Origin: Eledone cirrhosa
Lineage: Eukaryota
Direction: 5' to 3'
Assembly: GCA_964016885.1 (NCBI GenBank)
Contig: OZ024755.1
Coordinates: 44,640,001 to 44,704,000 of the forward strand
Length of the DNA: 64,000 nt
Below the pieces are notes generated by a model that made no database searches, had not been told where the DNA came from, and saw only the letters and a list, made by a program, of their open reading frames with translations. A program made the translations under genes and the position numbers. Shown here piece by piece: positions 45,801-61,800 of the stretch (position 1 is the stretch's first letter; each line of letters opens with the position of its first letter).

Positions 45801-48800
45801 ATATACCGTGTTACCACAGTTGAGAGTACCAACATATACTGTGTACCACAGTTCACAGTACCAACGTATACTGTGTACCACATTTGACAGTACCAACATA
45901 TACTGTGTACCACAGTTGACAGTACCAACATATACTGTGTACCACAGTTGCCAATGCCAACATATACTGTGTACCACAGTTGACAGTACCAACATATATT
46001 GTGTACTACAGTTGACAGTACCAACATAATCTGTGTACCACAGTTGACAGTACCAACATATACTGTGTACCACAGTTGACAGTACCAATGTATACTGTGT
46101 ACCACTGTTGACAGTACCAAAATATACTGTGTACCACAGTTGACAGTACCAACATATACTGTGTACCAGAGATGACAGTACCAACATATACTGTGTACCA
46201 CAGTTGACAGTACTAACATATACTGTGTACTACAGTTGACAGTACCAACATATACTGTGTACCACAGTAGACAGTACCAACATGTACTGTGTACCACAGT
46301 TGACAGTGCCAACATATACTGTGTACCACAGTTGACAGTACCAACATATAACGTGTACCAAAGTTGGCAGTACCATCATATACTGTGTACCACAGTTGAC
46401 AGTACCAACATATACTGTGTACCACAGTTGACAGTACCAAGTTATACTGTGTACCATAGTTGACAGTACCAACGTATATTGTCTACCACAGTTGACAGTA
46501 CCAACATACACCGTGTACGACAGTTGACAGTACCAACATATACTGTGTACCACAGTTGAGAGTACCAACATAAACTGTGTACCACAGTTGACAGTACCAA
46601 CATATTCTGTGTACCACAGTTGACAGTACCAACATATACTGTGTACCACAGTTGACAGTACCAACATATACTGTATACCACACTTGACAGTACCAACATA
46701 TACTCTGTACCACAGTTGACAGTACCAACATATACTGTGTACCACAGTTGACATTACCAACATATACTGTGTACCAGAGATGACAGTACCAACATATACT
46801 GTGTACCACAGTTGACAGTACTAACATATACTGTGTACTACAGTTGACAGTACCAACATATACTGTGTACCACAGTTGACAGTACCAACATGAACTGTGT
46901 ACCACAGTTGACAGTGCCAACATATACTGTGTACCACATTTGGCAGTACCAACATATACTGTGTCCCTCAGTTGACAGTACCAACATATACTGTGTACCA
47001 AAGTTGACAGTACCAACGTATACTGTGTACCACAGTTGACAGTACCAACGTATACAGTGTACCACAGTTGACAGTACCAACATATACTGTGTACCACAGT
47101 TGACAGTACCAACGTATACTGTGTACCACAGTTGACAGTACCAACGTATACTGAGTACCACAGTTGACAGTACAAACGTATACAGTGTACCACTGTTGAC
47201 AGTACCAACATATACTGTGTACCACAATTGACAGTACCAACATATACTGTGTACCACAGTTGACAGTACCAACATGTACCGTGAACCACAGTTGACAGTA
47301 CCAACGTATACTGTGTACCACAGTTGAGAGTACCAACGTATAGTGTGTACCACAGTTGACAGTACCAACATATACTGTGTACCACAGTTGACAGTACCAA
47401 CATATACTGTGTACCACAGTTCACAGTACCAACGTATACTGTGTACCACATTTGACAGTACCAACATATACTGTGTACCACAGTTCACAGTACCAACATA
47501 TACTGTGTACCACTGTTGACAGTACCAACATATACCGTGTACCACAGTTGTCAGTACCAACATATACTGTGTACCATTGTTGACAGTACCAACATATACT
47601 GTATACCACAGTTGACAGTACCAACATATACTGTGTACCACTGTTGACAGTACCAACATATACTGTGTACCACAGTTGACAGTACCAACATATACTGTAT
47701 ACCACAGTTGACAGTACCAACATATACTGGGTACCACAATTGACAGTACCAACATATACTGTGTACCATAGTTGACAGTACCAACGTATATTGTGTACCA
47801 CAGTTGACAGTACCAACATATACTGTGTACCACAGTTGACAGTACCAACATATACTGTATACCACAGTTGACAGTACCAACATATACTGTGTACCACAGT
47901 TGACAGTACCAACATATACTGTGTACCACAGTTGACAGTACCAACATATACTGTGTACCACAGTTGACAGTACCAACATATACTGTATACCACAGTTAAC
48001 AGTACCAACATATACTGTGTACCACAATTGACAGTACCAACATATACTGTGTACCACAGTTGACAGGACTAACATATACTGTGTACTACAGTTGACAGTA
48101 CCAACATATACTGTGTACCACAGTTGATAGTACCAACATATACTGTGTACCACAGTTGACAGTACCAACATATACTGTGTACCACAGTTGACAGTACTAA
48201 CATATACTGTGTACCACAGTTGGCAGTACCAACATATACTGTGTACCTCAGTTGACAGTACCAACATATACTGTTACCACAGTTGACAATACCAACATAT
48301 ACTGTGTACCACAGTTGACAGTACCAACATATACTGTATACCACAGTTGACAGTACCAACATATACTGTTTACCTCAGTTAACATTACCCACATATACTG
48401 TGTATCAGAGTTGACAGTACCAACATATACTGTGTACCACAGTTGACAGTACCAACATATACTGTGTACCTCAGTTAACAGTACCCACATATACTGTGTA
48501 TCAGAGTTGACAGTACCAACATATACTGTGTATCACAGTTGACAGTACCAACATATACTGTGTACCACAGTGTACACTAACAACATATACTGTGTACCAC
48601 AGTTGACAGTACCAACATATACTGTGTACCACAGTTGACAGTACCATCATATACTGTGTACCACATTTGACATTACCAACGTATACTGTGTACCACAGTT
48701 GACAGTACCATCGTATACTGTGTACCACAGTTGATAGTACCAACGTATACTGTGTATCAGAGTTGACAGTACCAACATATACTGTGTACCACAGTTGACA

Positions 48801-51800
48801 GTACCAAAATATACTGTGTACCACAGCTGACACTACCAACATATACTTGTAACTCTGTTGACGGTACTAACATATACTGTGTACTACAGTTGACGGTACC
48901 AACGTATACTGTGTACCACAGTTGAAAGTACCAACGTATCCTGTGTACCACAGTTGACAGTACCAACATATACTGTGTACCACAGTTGACAATACCAACA
49001 TATACTGTGTACCACAGTTGACAGTACCAACATATACTGTGTACCACAGTTGACAGTACCAACATATACTGGGTGCCACCTTTCACAATACCAACATATA
49101 CTGTGTACCACAGTTGACAATGCCATCATATAGTGTGTACCACAGTTGACAGTACCAACATATACTGTGTACCACAGTTGACAGTACCATCTTATACTGT
49201 GTACCACAGTTGACAGTACCAACGTATACTGTGTACCACAGTTGAAAGTACCAACGTATACTGTGTACCACAGTTGACAGTACCAACATATACTGTGTAC
49301 CACAGTTGACAGTACCAACGTATACTGTGTACCACAGTTGACAATACCAACGTATACTGTGTACCACAGTTGACAGTACCAACATATATTGTGTACCACA
49401 GTTTACAATACCAACTAATACTGTGTACCACAGTTGACAATACCAACACATACTGTGTACCACAGTTGACAGTACCAACGTATACTGTGTACCACAGTTG
49501 CCAATGCCAACATATACTGTGTACCACAGTTGACAGTACCAACATATACTGTGTACCACAGTTGACAGTACCAACATATACTGTGTACCACAGTTGACTG
49601 TATCAACATATACTGTGTACCACAGTTGACAGTACCAATGTATACTGTGTACCACTGTTGACAGTACCAAAATATACTGTGTACCACAGTTGACAGTACC
49701 AACATATACCGTGTACCACAGTTGACAGTACCAACATATACTGTGTACCACAGTTGACAGTACTAACATATACTGTCTACCACAGTTGGCAGTACCAACA
49801 TATACTGTGTACCTCAGTTGACAGTACCAATATATACTGTGTACCACAGTTGACAATACCAACATATACTGTGTACCACAGTTGACAGTACCAACATATA
49901 CTGTGTACCACAGTTGACAGTACCAACATATACTGTGTACCTCAGTTGACAGTACCCACATATACTGTGTACCACAGTTGACAGTACAATCATATACTGT
50001 GTACCACAGTTGACAGTACCAACGTATACTGTGTACCAGAGTTGACAGTACCAACATATACTGTGTACCACAGTTGACAGTACCAAAATATACTGTGTAC
50101 CCCAGCTGACACTACCAACATATACTTGTAACTCTGTTGACAGTACTAACATATACTGTGTACCACAGTTGAAAGTACCAACGTATGCTGTGTACCACAG
50201 TTGACAGTACCAACATATACTGTGTACCACTGTTGACAATACCAAGATATACTGTGTACCACAGTTGACAGTACCAACGTATACTGTGTACCACTGTTGA
50301 CAGTACCAACATATACTGTGTACCACAGTTGACAGTACCAACATATACAGTGTACCACAGTTGACAGTACCAACATATACTGTGTACCACAGTTGACAGT
50401 ACCAACATATACTGTGTACCACAGCTGACACTACCAACATATACATGTACCTCAGTTGACAGTACTAACATATACTGTGTACCACAGTTGATAGTACCAA
50501 CGTATACTGTGAATCAGAGTTGACAGTACCAACATATACTGTGTACCACAGATGACAGTACCAAAATATACTGTGTACCACAGCTGACACTACCAACATA
50601 TACTTGTAACTCTGTTGACAGTACTAACATATACTGTGTACCACAGTTGACGGTACCAACGTATACTGTGTACCACAGTTGAAAGTACCAACGTATACTG
50701 TGTACCACAGTTGACAGTACCAACATATACTGTGTACCACAGTTGACAATACCAACATATACTGTGTACCACAGTTGACAGTACCAACGTATACTGTGTA
50801 CCATTGTTGACAGTACCAACATATACTGTGTACCACAGTTGACAGTACCAACATATACAGTGTACCATAGTTGACAGTACCAACATATAGTGTGTACCAC
50901 AGTTGACAGTACTAACATATACTGTGTACCAAAGTTGACAGTACCAACGTATACAGTGTACCACAGTTCACAGTACCAACATATGCTGTGTACCACAGTT
51001 GACAGTACCAACATATACTGTGTACCACAGTTGACAGTACTAACATATACTGTGTACCACAGTTGGCAGTACCAACATATACTGTGTACCTCAGATGACA
51101 GTACCAACATATACTGTGTACCACAGTTGACAATACCAACATATACTGTGTACCTCAGTTAACAGTACCCACATATACTGTGTACCACAGTTGACAGTAC
51201 CAACATATACTGTGTACCACTGTTGACAGTTCCAACGTATACTGTGTACCAGAATTGACAGTACCAACATATACTGTGTACCACAGTTGACAGTACCAAA
51301 ATATATTGTGTACCACAGCTGACACTACCAACATATACTTGTAACTCTGTTGACAGTACTAACATATACTGTGTACCACAGTTGACGGTACCAACGTATA
51401 CTGTGTACCACAGTTGAAAGTACCAACGTATACTGTGTACCACAGTTGACAGTACCAACATATACTGTGTACCACAGTTGACAATACCAACATATATTGT
51501 GTACCACAGTTGACAGTACCAACGTATACTGTGTACCACAGTTGACAGTACCAACATATACTGTGTAGCACGTTTGACAGTACCAACATATACAGTGAAC
51601 CACAGTTGACAGTACCAACATATACTGTGTACCACAGTTAACAGTACCAACATATACTGTGTAACACAGCTGACACTACCAACATATACTTGTACCTCAG
51701 TTGACAGTACTAACATATACTGTGTACCACAGTTGACAGTACCAACGTATACTGTGTACCACAGTTGAAAGTGCCTATATATACTGTTTACCACAGTTGA

Positions 51801-52849
51801 CAGTACCAACATATACAGTGTACCACATTTGACAGTACCATCATATACTGTGTACCACAGTTGACAGTACCAACATATACTGTGTACCACGGTTCACAGT
51901 ACCAACATATACAGTGTACCACAATTGACAGTACCAACATATACTGTGTACCACATTTGACAGTACCAACATATACTGTGTACCACAGTTGACAGTACCA
52001 ACATGTACCGTGTACCACATTTGACAGTACCAACGTATACAGTGTACCACAGTTGACAATACCATCATATACTCTGTACCACAGTTGACAGTACCAACAT
52101 ATACTGTATACCACAGTTGAGAGTACCAACATATACTGTGTACCACATTTGACAGTACCAACATATACTGTATACCACAGTTGACAGTACCAACATATAC
52201 TGTGTACCACTGTTGACAGTACCAGCATATACCGTGTACCACAGTTGACAGTACCAACATATACTGTGTACCACAGCTGACACTACCAACATATACTTGT
52301 ACCTCATTTTACAGTACTACCATATATTGTGTACCACCGTTGACAATACCAACGTATACTGTGTACCGCAGTTGACTGTACCAACGTATACTGTGTACCA
52401 CAGTTGACAGTACCAACATATACTCTGTACCACAGTTGATAATACCAGCATATACTGTGTACCACAGTTGACAATACCAACACATAATGTGTACCACAGT
52501 TGACAGTACCAACGTATACTGTGTACCTCAGTTGCCAATGCCAACATATACTGTGTACCACAGTTGACAGTACCAACATATACTGTGTACCACAGTTGAC
52601 AGTACCAACATATTCTGTGTACCACAGTTGACAGTACCAACATATAACGTGTACCACATTTGACAGTACCAACGTATACTGTGTACCACATTTGACAGCA
52701 CCAACATGCACTGTGTACCACAGTTGACAGTACCAACATATAGTGTGTACCACAGTTGGCAGTACCAACATATAACGTGTACAACATTTGACAGTACCAA
52801 CGTATACTGTGTACCACATTTGACAGTACCAACATGCACTGTGTACCAC

Positions 52850-55800
52850 AGTTGACAGTACCAACATATAGTGTGTACCACAGTTGGCAGTACCAACATA
52901 TAATGGGTGCCACTGTTCACAGTACCAACATATACTGTGTACCACAGTCGACAATACCAACGTATACAGTGTACCACAGTTGACAGTACCAACATATACT
53001 GTGTACCACAGTTGACAGTACCAACGTATACTGTGTAACACAGTTGACAATACCATCATATAGGGTGTACCACAGTTGACACTACCAACATATACTGTGT
53101 ACCACAGTTGACAGTACCATCATATACTGTGTACCAGAGTTGACAGTACTAACATATACTGTGTACCAGAGTTGACAGTACCAACATATACTGTGTACCA
53201 CAGTTGACAGTACCAACGTATACTGTGTACCACAGTTGACAGTACCAACATATACTGTGTACCACAGTTGACAGTACCAACGTATACTGTGTACCATAGT
53301 TGACATTACCAACGTATACTGTGTACCACAGTGGACAGTACCAACGTATATGTGTACAACATATTGACAGTACCAACATATACTGTGTACCACAGTTGAC
53401 AGTACCAACATATACTGTGTACCACAGTTGACAGTACCAACATATACTGTGTACCAGAGTTGACAGTACTAACATATACTGTGTCCCACAGTTGAGTGTA
53501 CAAATATATACTGTGTACCTCAGTTGACGATATCAACATATACTGTGTACCACAGTTGACAGTACCAACGTATACTGTGTACCACAGTTGACAGTACCAA
53601 CTTATACTGTGTACCACAGTTTGACAGTTCTAATATATACTGTGTACCACAGTTGAGAGTACCAACATATACTGTGTACCACAGTTGACAGTACTAACAT
53701 ATACTGTGTACCACAGTTGACAGTATCCACGTATGTGTACCACAGTTGACAGTATCAACGTATATCTGTACCACATATTGACAGTACCAACATATACTGT
53801 GTACCACAGTTGACAGTACCAACGTATACTGTGTACCACAGTTGACAGTACCAACGTATACTGTGTACCACAGTTGCCATTACCAACGTATACTGTGTAC
53901 CACAGTGGACAGTACCAACGTATATGTGTACAACATATTGACAGTACCAACATATACTGTGTACCACAGTTGACAGTACCAAAATATACTGTATACCACA
54001 GTTGACAGTACCAACATATACTGTGTACCACTGTTGACAGTACTAACATATACTGTGTACCACAGTTGAGAGTACCAATATATACTGTGTACCTCAGTTG
54101 ACGATATCAACATATACTGTGTACCACAGTTGACAGTACCAACATATACTGTGTACCAGAGTTGACAGTACTAACATATACTGTGTACCACAGTTGACAG
54201 TACCATCATATACTGTGTACCACAGTTGACACTACCAACATAAACTGTGTACCACAGTTGACAGTACCAACATATACTGTGTACCACAGTTGAAAGTACC
54301 AACGTATACTGTGTACCACAGTTGACAGTACCAACATATACTGTGTACCACAGTTGACAGTACCAACATATACTGTGTACCACAGTTGACAGTACCAACG
54401 TATACTGTGTACCACAGTTGACAGTACCAACATATACTGTGTACCACAGTTGAGAGTACCAACGTATATGTGTACAACATATTGACAGTACCAACATATA
54501 CTGTGTACCACATTTGACAGTACCATCATATACTGACTACCACAGTTGACAGTACCAACGTATACTGTGTACCAGAGTTAACAGTACCAACATATACTGT
54601 GTACCACTGTTGACAGTATCAACATATACTGTGTACCAGAGTTGACAGCACCAACATATACTGTGTACCACAGTTGACAGTAGCAACATATACTGTGTAT
54701 CACAGTTGACAGTACCAACATATATAGTGTACCAGAGTTGACAGTACCAACATATACTGTGTACCACTGTTGACAGTACCAACATATACTGTGTACCACA
54801 GTTGACAGTACCAACGTATACTGTGTACCACAGTTGACAGTACCAACTTTACTGTGTACCACAGTTGACAGTACTAATATATACTGTGTACCAAAGTTGA
54901 GAGTACCAACATACACTGTGTACCACAGTTGACAGTACTAACATATACTGTGTACCACAGTTGACAGTATCCACGTATGTGTACCACAGTTGACAGTATC
55001 AACGTATATCTGTACCACATATTGACAGTACCAACATATACTGGGTGCCACTGTTCACAGTACCAACATATACTGTGTACCACATTTGACAATACCAACG
55101 TATTCTGTGTACCACAGTTGACAGTACCAACATATACTGTGTACCACAGTTGACAGTACCAACGTATACTGTGTACCACAGTTGACAGTACCAACATATA
55201 CTGTGTACCACAGTTGACAGTACCAACATATACTGTGTACCACAGTTGGCAGTACCAACATATACTGTGTACCACAGTTGAGAGTACCAACATATACTGT
55301 GTCCCACAGTTGACAGTACCAACATATACTGTGTACCACAGTTGACAGTACCAACATATACTGGGTGCCACTGTTCACAGTACCAACATATACTGTGTAC
55401 CACATTTGACAATACCAACGTATTCTGTGTACCACAGTTGACAATACCATCATATAGGGTGTACCACAGTTGACAGTACCAACATATACTGTGTACCACA
55501 TTTGACAGTACCATCATATACTGACTACCACAGTTGACAGTACCAACGTATAATGTGTACCAGAGTTAACAGTACCAACATATACTGTGTACCATTGTTG
55601 ACAGTACCAACATATACTGTGTACCAGAGTTGACAGTACCAACATATTCTGTGTACCACAGTTGACAGTACCAACATATACTGTGTATCACAGTTGACAG
55701 TACCAACATATACTGTGTACCAGAGTTGACAGTACCAACATATACTGTTTACCACAGTTGACAGTACCAACGTATACTGAGTACCAATGTTGACAGTACC

Positions 55801-58800
55801 AACGTATACTGTGTACCACAGTTAACAGTACCAACATATACTGTGTACCACAGTTGACAGTACCAACGTATACTGTGTACCACTGTTGACAGTACCAACA
55901 TATACAGTGTAACACAGTTGACAGTACCAACATATACTGTGTACCACAGTTGACAGTACCAACATATACTGTGTACCATAGTTGTCAGTACCAACATATA
56001 CTGTGTACCACAGTTGACAGTAACAACATATACTGTGTACCATAGTTGACGGTACCAACGTATACTGTGTACCACAGTTGACAGTACCAACATATACCGT
56101 GTACCACAGTTGACAGTACCAACATATACTGTGTACCAGATTTGACAGTGCCAACATATACTGTGTACCACTGTTGACAGTACCAACATATACTGTGTAC
56201 CACAGTTGACAGTACCAACGTATACTGTGTACCAGAGTTAACAGTACCAACATATACTGTGTACCACTGTTGACAGTACCAACATATACTGTGTACCACA
56301 GTTGACAGTACCAACGTATACTGTGTACCACAATTGACAGTAGCAACATATACAGTGTACCAGAGTTGACAGTACTAATATATAATGTGTACCACAGTTG
56401 ACAGTACAAACATATACTGTGTACCACAGTTGACAGTACTAACATATACTGTGTACCACAGTTGACAGTATCCACGTATATGTGTACCACATATTCACAG
56501 TACCAACATATACTGTGTACCACAGTTGAGAGTACCAACGTATACTGTGTACCACAGTTGACAGTACCAACGTATACTGTGTACCACAGTTGACAGTACC
56601 AACATATACTGTGTACCACAGTTGACAGTACCAACGTATACTGTGTACCAAAGTTGACAGTATCAACGTATATGTGTACCACATATTGACAGTACCAACA
56701 TATACTCTGTACCACAGTTGACAGTAGCAACGTATACTGTGTACCACAGTTGACAGTACCAACGTATACTGTGTACAACAGTTGACAGTACCAACATATA
56801 CTGTGTACCTCAGTTGACAGTAGCAACATATACTGTGTACCTCAGTTGACAGTATAAACATATACTGTGTACCACAGTTGACACTACCAACATATACTGT
56901 GTACCATAGTTGACAGTACTAACATATACTGTGTACCATATTTGACAGTACCAACATATACTGTGTACCTAAGTTCACAGTATCAACATATAATGTGTAC
57001 CACATTTGACAGTAACAACATATACTGTGTACCACAGTTTAGAGTACCAACATATACTGTGTATCACAGTTGACAGTACCAACATATACCGTGTACCACA
57101 GTTGAGAGTACCTACATATACTGTGTACCACAGTTGACAGTACCAACATATACTGTGTACCACAGTTGACAGTACCAACATATACTGTGTACCAGAGTTG
57201 ACAGTACCAACATATACTGTGTACCACAGTTGACAGTACCAACATATACCGTGTACCACAGTTGACAGTACCAACGTATACTGTGTACCACAGTTGACAG
57301 TACCAACATATAATGTGTACCACCGTTGACAGTACCAACATATACTGTGTAACAGTTGACAGTACCAACATATACTGTGTACCACAGTTATCAGTACCAA
57401 CGTACACTGTGTACAACTGTTGACAGTACCAACATATACAGTGTACCACAGTTGACAGTACCAACGTATACTGTGTACCACAGTTAACAGTACCAACATA
57501 TACCGTGTCCCACAGTTGACAGTACCAACATATACTATGTACCACAGTTGAAAGTACCAACGTATACTGTGTACCACAGTTGACAGTATCAACATATACT
57601 GTGTACCACAGTTGACAGTACCAACATATACTGTGTACGACAGTTGACAGTACCAACGTATAATGTGTACCACAGTTGACAGTACCAACATATACTGTGT
57701 ACCACAGTTGACAGTACCAACATATACTGTGTACCACAGTTGGCAGTACCAACATATACTGTGTACCACATTTGACAGTACCAACATATACAGTGTACCA
57801 CAGTTGACAGTACCAACATATATTGTGTACTACAGTTGACAGTACTAACGTATACTGTGTACCACAGTTGACAATACCAACATATACTGTGTACCACAGT
57901 TGACAGTACCATCATATACTGTGTACCACAGTTGACAGTACCAACATATACTGTGTACCACAGTTGACAGTACCAACGTATACTGTGTACCTCAGTTGAC
58001 AGTACCAACATATACTGTGTACCACAGTTGACAGTACCAACATATACTGTGTACCACAGTTGGCAGTACCAATATATACTGTGTATCACATTTGACAGTA
58101 CCAAAAAATACAGTGTACCACAGTTGACAGTACCAACATATACTGTGTACCACAGTTGACAGTACCAACATATACTGTGTACCATAGTTGACAGTACCAA
58201 CGTATACTGCGTACCACAGTTGACAGTACCAACATATACTGTGTACCACAGTTGACAGTACCAACATATACTGTGTACCATAGTTGACAGTATCAACGTA
58301 TATGTGTACCACTGTTGTCAGTACTAACATATGCCGTGTACCACAGTTGACAGTACCGACATATCCTGTGTACCTCAGTTGACAGTACCAACATATACTG
58401 TGTACCACATTTGATAGTACCAACATATACTGTGTACCACAGTTGACAATACCAACATATACTGTGTACCACAGTTGAGAGTACCAACATATACTGTCTC
58501 CCACAGTTGACAGTACAAACATATACTGTGTACCACAGTTGACAGTACTAACATATACTGTGTACCACAGTTGACAGTACCAACATATTCTGTGTACCAC
58601 AGTTGACAGTACCAACATATACTGTGTACCACAGTTGACAGTACCAACATATACTGGGTACCACAGTTGACAATACCATCATATACTGTCTACCACAGTT
58701 GACACTACCAGCATAAACTGTGTACCAGAGTTGACAGTACCAACATATACTGTGTACCACAGTTGAAAGTACCAACGTATACTGTGTAACACAGTTGACA

Positions 58801-61800
58801 GTACCAACATATACTGTGTACCACAGTTGACAGTACCAACATATACTGTGTACCACAGTTGACAGTACCAACGTATACTGTGTACCACAGTTGAGAGTAC
58901 CAACGTATATGTGTACAACATATTGACAGTACCAACATATACTGTGTACCACATTTGACAGTACCATCATATACTGACTACCACAGTTGACAGTACCAAC
59001 GTATACTGTGTACCAGAGTTAACAGTACCAACATATACTGTGTACCACAGTTGACAGTACTAACATATACTGTGTACCAGAGTTGACAGTACCAACATAT
59101 ATTGGATACCACAGTTGACAGTACCAACATATACTGTGTACCACAGTTGACAGTACCATCATATACTGTGTACCAGAGTTGACAGTACTAACATATACTG
59201 TGTACCAGAGTTGACAGTACCAACATATACTGTGTACCAGAGTTGACAGTACTAACATATACTGTGTACCAGAGTTGACAGTACCAACATATATTGGATA
59301 CCACAGTTGACAGTACCAACATATACTGTGTACCACTGTTGACAGTACCAACGTATAGTGTATACCACAGTTAACAGTACCAACATATACTGTGTACCAC
59401 AGTTGACAGTACCAACGTATACAGTGTACCACTGTTGACAGTACCAACATATACAGTATAACACAGTTGACAGTACCAACATATACTGTGTACCACAGTT
59501 GACAGTACCAACATATACTGTGTACCATAGTTGACAGTACCAACGTATACTGTGTACCACAGTTGACAGTACCAACATATACTGTGTACCATAGTTGACA
59601 GAACCAACGTATACTGTGTACCATAGTTGACAGTACCAACATATACCGTGTACCACAGTGACAGTACCAACATATATAGTGTACCAGAGTTGACAGTACC
59701 AACATATACAGTGTACCACTGTTGACAGTACCATCATATACTGTGTACCACAGTTGACAGTACCAACGTATACTGTGTACCACAGTTGACAGTACCAACT
59801 TATACTGTGTACCACAGTTGACAGTACTAATATATACTATGTACCAAAGTTGAGAGTACCAACATATACTGTGTACCACAGTTGACAGAACTAACATATA
59901 CTGTGTACCACAGTTGACAGTATCCACGTATGTGTACCACAGTTGACAGTATCAACGTATATCTGTACCACATATTGACAGTACCAACATATACTGTGTA
60001 CCACAGTTGACAGTACCGACGTATACTGTGTACCACAGTTGACAGTACCAACGTATACTGTGTACCACAGTTGACAGTACCAACATATACTGTGTACCAC
60101 AGTTGACATTACCAAGGTATACTGTGTACAAACAGTGGACAGTACCAATATATATGTGTACAACATATTGACAGTACCAACATATACTGTGTACCACAGT
60201 TGACAGTACCAACATATACTGTGTACTACAGTTGACAGTACCAACATATACTGTGTACCACAGTTGACAGTACCAACGTATACTGTGTACCACAGTTGAC
60301 AGTACCAACATATACTGTGTACCACAGTTGACAGTACCAACATATACTGTGTACCACAGTTGGCAGTACCAACATATACTGTGTACCACAGTTGAGAGTA
60401 CCAACATATAGTGTGTACCACAGTTGGCAGTACCAACATATAATGGGTGCCACTGTTCACAGTACCAACATATACTGTGTACCACAGTCGACAATACCAA
60501 CGTATACAGTGTACCACAGTTGACAGTACCAACATATACTGTGTACCACAGTTGACAGTACCAACGTATACTGTGTAACACAGTTGACAATACCATCATA
60601 TAGGGTGTACCACAGTTGACACTACCAACATATACTGTGTACCACAGTTGACAGTACCATCATATACTGTGTACCAGAGTTGACAGTACTAACATATACT
60701 GTGTACCAGAGTTGACAGTACCAACATATACTGTGTACCACAGTTGACAGTACCAACGTATACTGTGTACCACAGTTGACAGTACCAACATATACTGTGT
60801 ACCACAGTTGACAGTACCAACGTATACTGTGTACCATAGTTGACATTACCAACGTATACTGTGTACCACAGTGGACAGTACCAACGTATATGTGTACAAC
60901 ATATTGACAGTACCAACATATACTGTGTACCACAGTTGACAGTACCAACATATACTGTGTACCACAGTTGACAGTACCAACATATACTGTGTACCAGAGT
61001 TGACAGTACTAACATATACTGTGTCCCACAGTTGAGTGTACAAATATATACTGTGTACCTCAGTTGACGATATCAACATATACTGTGTACCACAGTTGAC
61101 AGTACCAACGTATACTGTGTACCACAGTTGACAGTACCAACTTATACTGTGTACCACAGTTGACAGTACTAACATATACTGTGTACCACAGTTGACAGTA
61201 TCCACGTATGTGTACCACAGTTGACAGTATCAACGTATATCTGTACCACATATTGACAGTACCAACATATACTGTGTACCACAGTTGACAGTACCAACGT
61301 ATACTGTGTACCACAGTTGACAGTACCAACGTATACTGTGTACCACAGTTGCCATTACCAACGTATACTGTGTACCACAGTGGACAGTACCAACGTATAT
61401 GTGTACAACATATTGACAGTACCAACATATACTGTGTACCACAGTTGACAGTACCAAAATATACTGTATACCACAGTTGACAGTACCAACATATACTGTG
61501 TACCACAGTTGACAGTACTAACATATACTGTGTACCACAGTTGAGAGTACCAATATATACTGTGTACCTCAGTTGACGATATCAACATATACTGTGTACC
61601 ACAGTTGACAGTACCAACATATACTGTGTACCAGAGTTGACAGTACTAACATATACTGTGTACCACAGTTGACAGTACCATCATATACTGTGTACCACAG
61701 TTGACACTACCAACATAAACTGTGTACCACAGTTGACAGTACCAACATATACTGTGTACCACAGTTGAAAGTACCAACGTATACTGTGTACCACAGTTGA

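Noticed and set aside
3232-51162. Short plus-strand ORFs (64-90 aa, MTVPTYTVYHS...)
   Set aside because: They arise only where point variants remove the TGA present in each monomer. They are satellite translations.
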